NCBI RefSeq assembly: GCF_001315945.1
Contig: NZ_BBBG01000003.1
Coordinates: 76,468-116,467 of the forward strand
From: Methanogenium cariaci JCM 10550
Lineage (GTDB): Archaea; Halobacteriota; Methanomicrobia; Methanomicrobiales; Methanomicrobiaceae
DNA length: 40,000 bases
Direction of reading: 5' to 3'
In this document: piece by piece, positions 38,910 through 40,000 of the stretch
Layout of the letters: every line of letters begins with the position of its first letter
How positions within the stretch are numbered: position 1 is the first letter of the stretch
Position numbers and translations under genes: made by a program
The notes under the pieces: generated by a model
Told to the model about the DNA's origin: nothing
Database searches by the model: none
The model's input: the letters and a program-made list of their open reading frames with translations, nothing else

Positions 38910-40000
38910 TTTTTCAGACGATGATCTACAGAAAGGATTTCGGTTACATCGTTTAGAAGTCTACAATTGGGGGGGAACTTTTAATCAGAAAGTGTGGAAG
39001 GTTGAACCATGTGGTTTCAATTCGTTATTGACTGGTGATATTGGATCGGGAAAATCCACCTTGGTTGATGCAATTGTTACCCTATTGGTTCCTCCGAATA
39101 AGATTATTTACAATAAAGCAGCTGGCGCTGGAAGTAAAGAACGAACCATTGGCTCTTATGTAATGGGAGAATATAAAAATCAGAGGAGTGAGTTCAGTAA
39201 CAATTCCAGTCCGGTTTATTTACGAAATGATAATGAATATTCGGTCCTTCTTGCTCGGTTCTACAATAAAGGATTTGAATCAGGATACACGTTAGCTCAA
39301 GTTTTTTGGATACGAAAAGGAATTGCAAAGAAATTTTTTGTCATCTCAAAACAGGACTTAAGTATCAAAGAGCATTTTAAAATAAATAATGATGAAAGAG
39401 ATGTCTTTTCTCTGAAAAAACGCTTAAAAACTCTCGATCAAACCGAAGTCTATGATTATTTTAAGGATTATAGTTCCAAATTTCGCTCCCATTTTGGAAT
39501 TAAATCTGAGAAAGTAATGGAGTTATTTTATCAGACAGTCTCGATGAAGTCTGTAGGTAAATTAACTGAATTCATGCGAAATCATATGCTGGAAAAATTG
39601 GACGTAAAAGATGAGATTGAGGGAATAAAAAATAACTATGAAAACCTTACAAAATCTCATGAAGCGGTTCAAAAAGCAAAACGACAATTAGAACAATTAA
39701 CTCCTTTAGATGAAGCAATTGACGCATATCAAATAATTGTTGAAAAAAATATAGAATTAAAAAAGTCTATTGATTTTTTACCCGTTTTTTTTTGCAGATA
39801 AAAAAGCCATAATTCTTGAGAAAGAGATTCAATCCCACATTTCAACTAAAGAACGAACTGAGCATGATATTACTAAAATCACTCTTGATTTAGAAACATT
39901 GCGCGACCAAGAGAAAGATGTTATTATTTCAATTAATCAGAATGAGGAAGGACAAAGGATAAATCAGCTGGACAGTGAAATCGCTGCTCTGGAAAAAGTG
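38890..40000 (+). CDS. jetC: Wadjet JetC (SMC/MksB-like ATPase), N-terminal part; frame break at the T run about 39784-39792; continues beyond the window
   Basis: [96 protein letters not shown] (Walker A and the JetC head signature). Coiled-coil-like sequence runs to nt 40000. Confidence 0.78.

Larger units (their letters stand above)
35043..40000. mobile_element. Tandem second casposon-derived element (decayed, partial in the window) carrying Wadjet
   Basis: A TIR-like start sits directly after the TSD. The layout matches element 1 (TIR, AT-rich cargo, then the PolB 3' end on the minus strand). The PolB remnant at 36478-36715 is replaced upstream by the jetABC genes. Confidence 0.45.

Noticed and set aside
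20127-40000. A conventional integrase-type genomic island or provirus at the tRNA.
   Set aside because: I could recognise no tyrosine or serine recombinase and no capsid, terminase or portal-like genes. The boundaries are inverted (TIR) rather than direct att repeats alone.

Overview
The window has two very different halves. Nt 1-20,000 is mid-to-high-50s %GC by eye and looks like core chromosome of a hydrogenotrophic methanogen, probably Methanomicrobiales-like. It carries an MFS transporter, aCPSF1/FttA, proteasome beta, a CBS protein, a Usp protein, an amidohydrolase, Sec61-beta and CofE. It also holds one long minus-strand gene string running from an Eha-type energy-converting [NiFe] hydrogenase through a polyferredoxin into formylmethanofuran dehydrogenase fwdDBAC, followed by an AI-2E transporter. 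A tRNA-Leu(UAG) at 20030-20116 marks the boundary. Directly 3' of it sits a complete ~14.9 kb casposon (20127-35025). It has perfect 33-bp terminal inverted repeats, an imperfect ~17-bp target-site duplication that includes the tRNA 3' end, and a core of RHH, a 213-aa protein, HNH and PolB divergent from wHTH and Cas1 (casposase). AT-rich cargo lies on both sides of the core, including a ~1,530-aa Mrr-like-nuclease/STAND-like NTPase and a CARF-like/wHTH regulator. Right after the right-hand duplication a second, degenerate TIR copy starts (35043). It is followed by cargo genes, a decayed PolB C-terminal remnant (36478-36715) and a Wadjet operon, jetA-jetB-jetC, with jetC running off the window. 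I read this as a tandem, gutted second casposon now hosting Wadjet. Data caveat: the whole window is peppered with 6-8-nt G or C runs, at least 15 in the first 3.1 kb. Many essential genes are split into 2-4 ORF fragments at or near homopolymers. The tRNA and conserved protein motifs show that run lengths are miscalled. I therefore annotate the split ORFs as single genes, not pseudogenes. No CRISPR array and no rRNA were seen.
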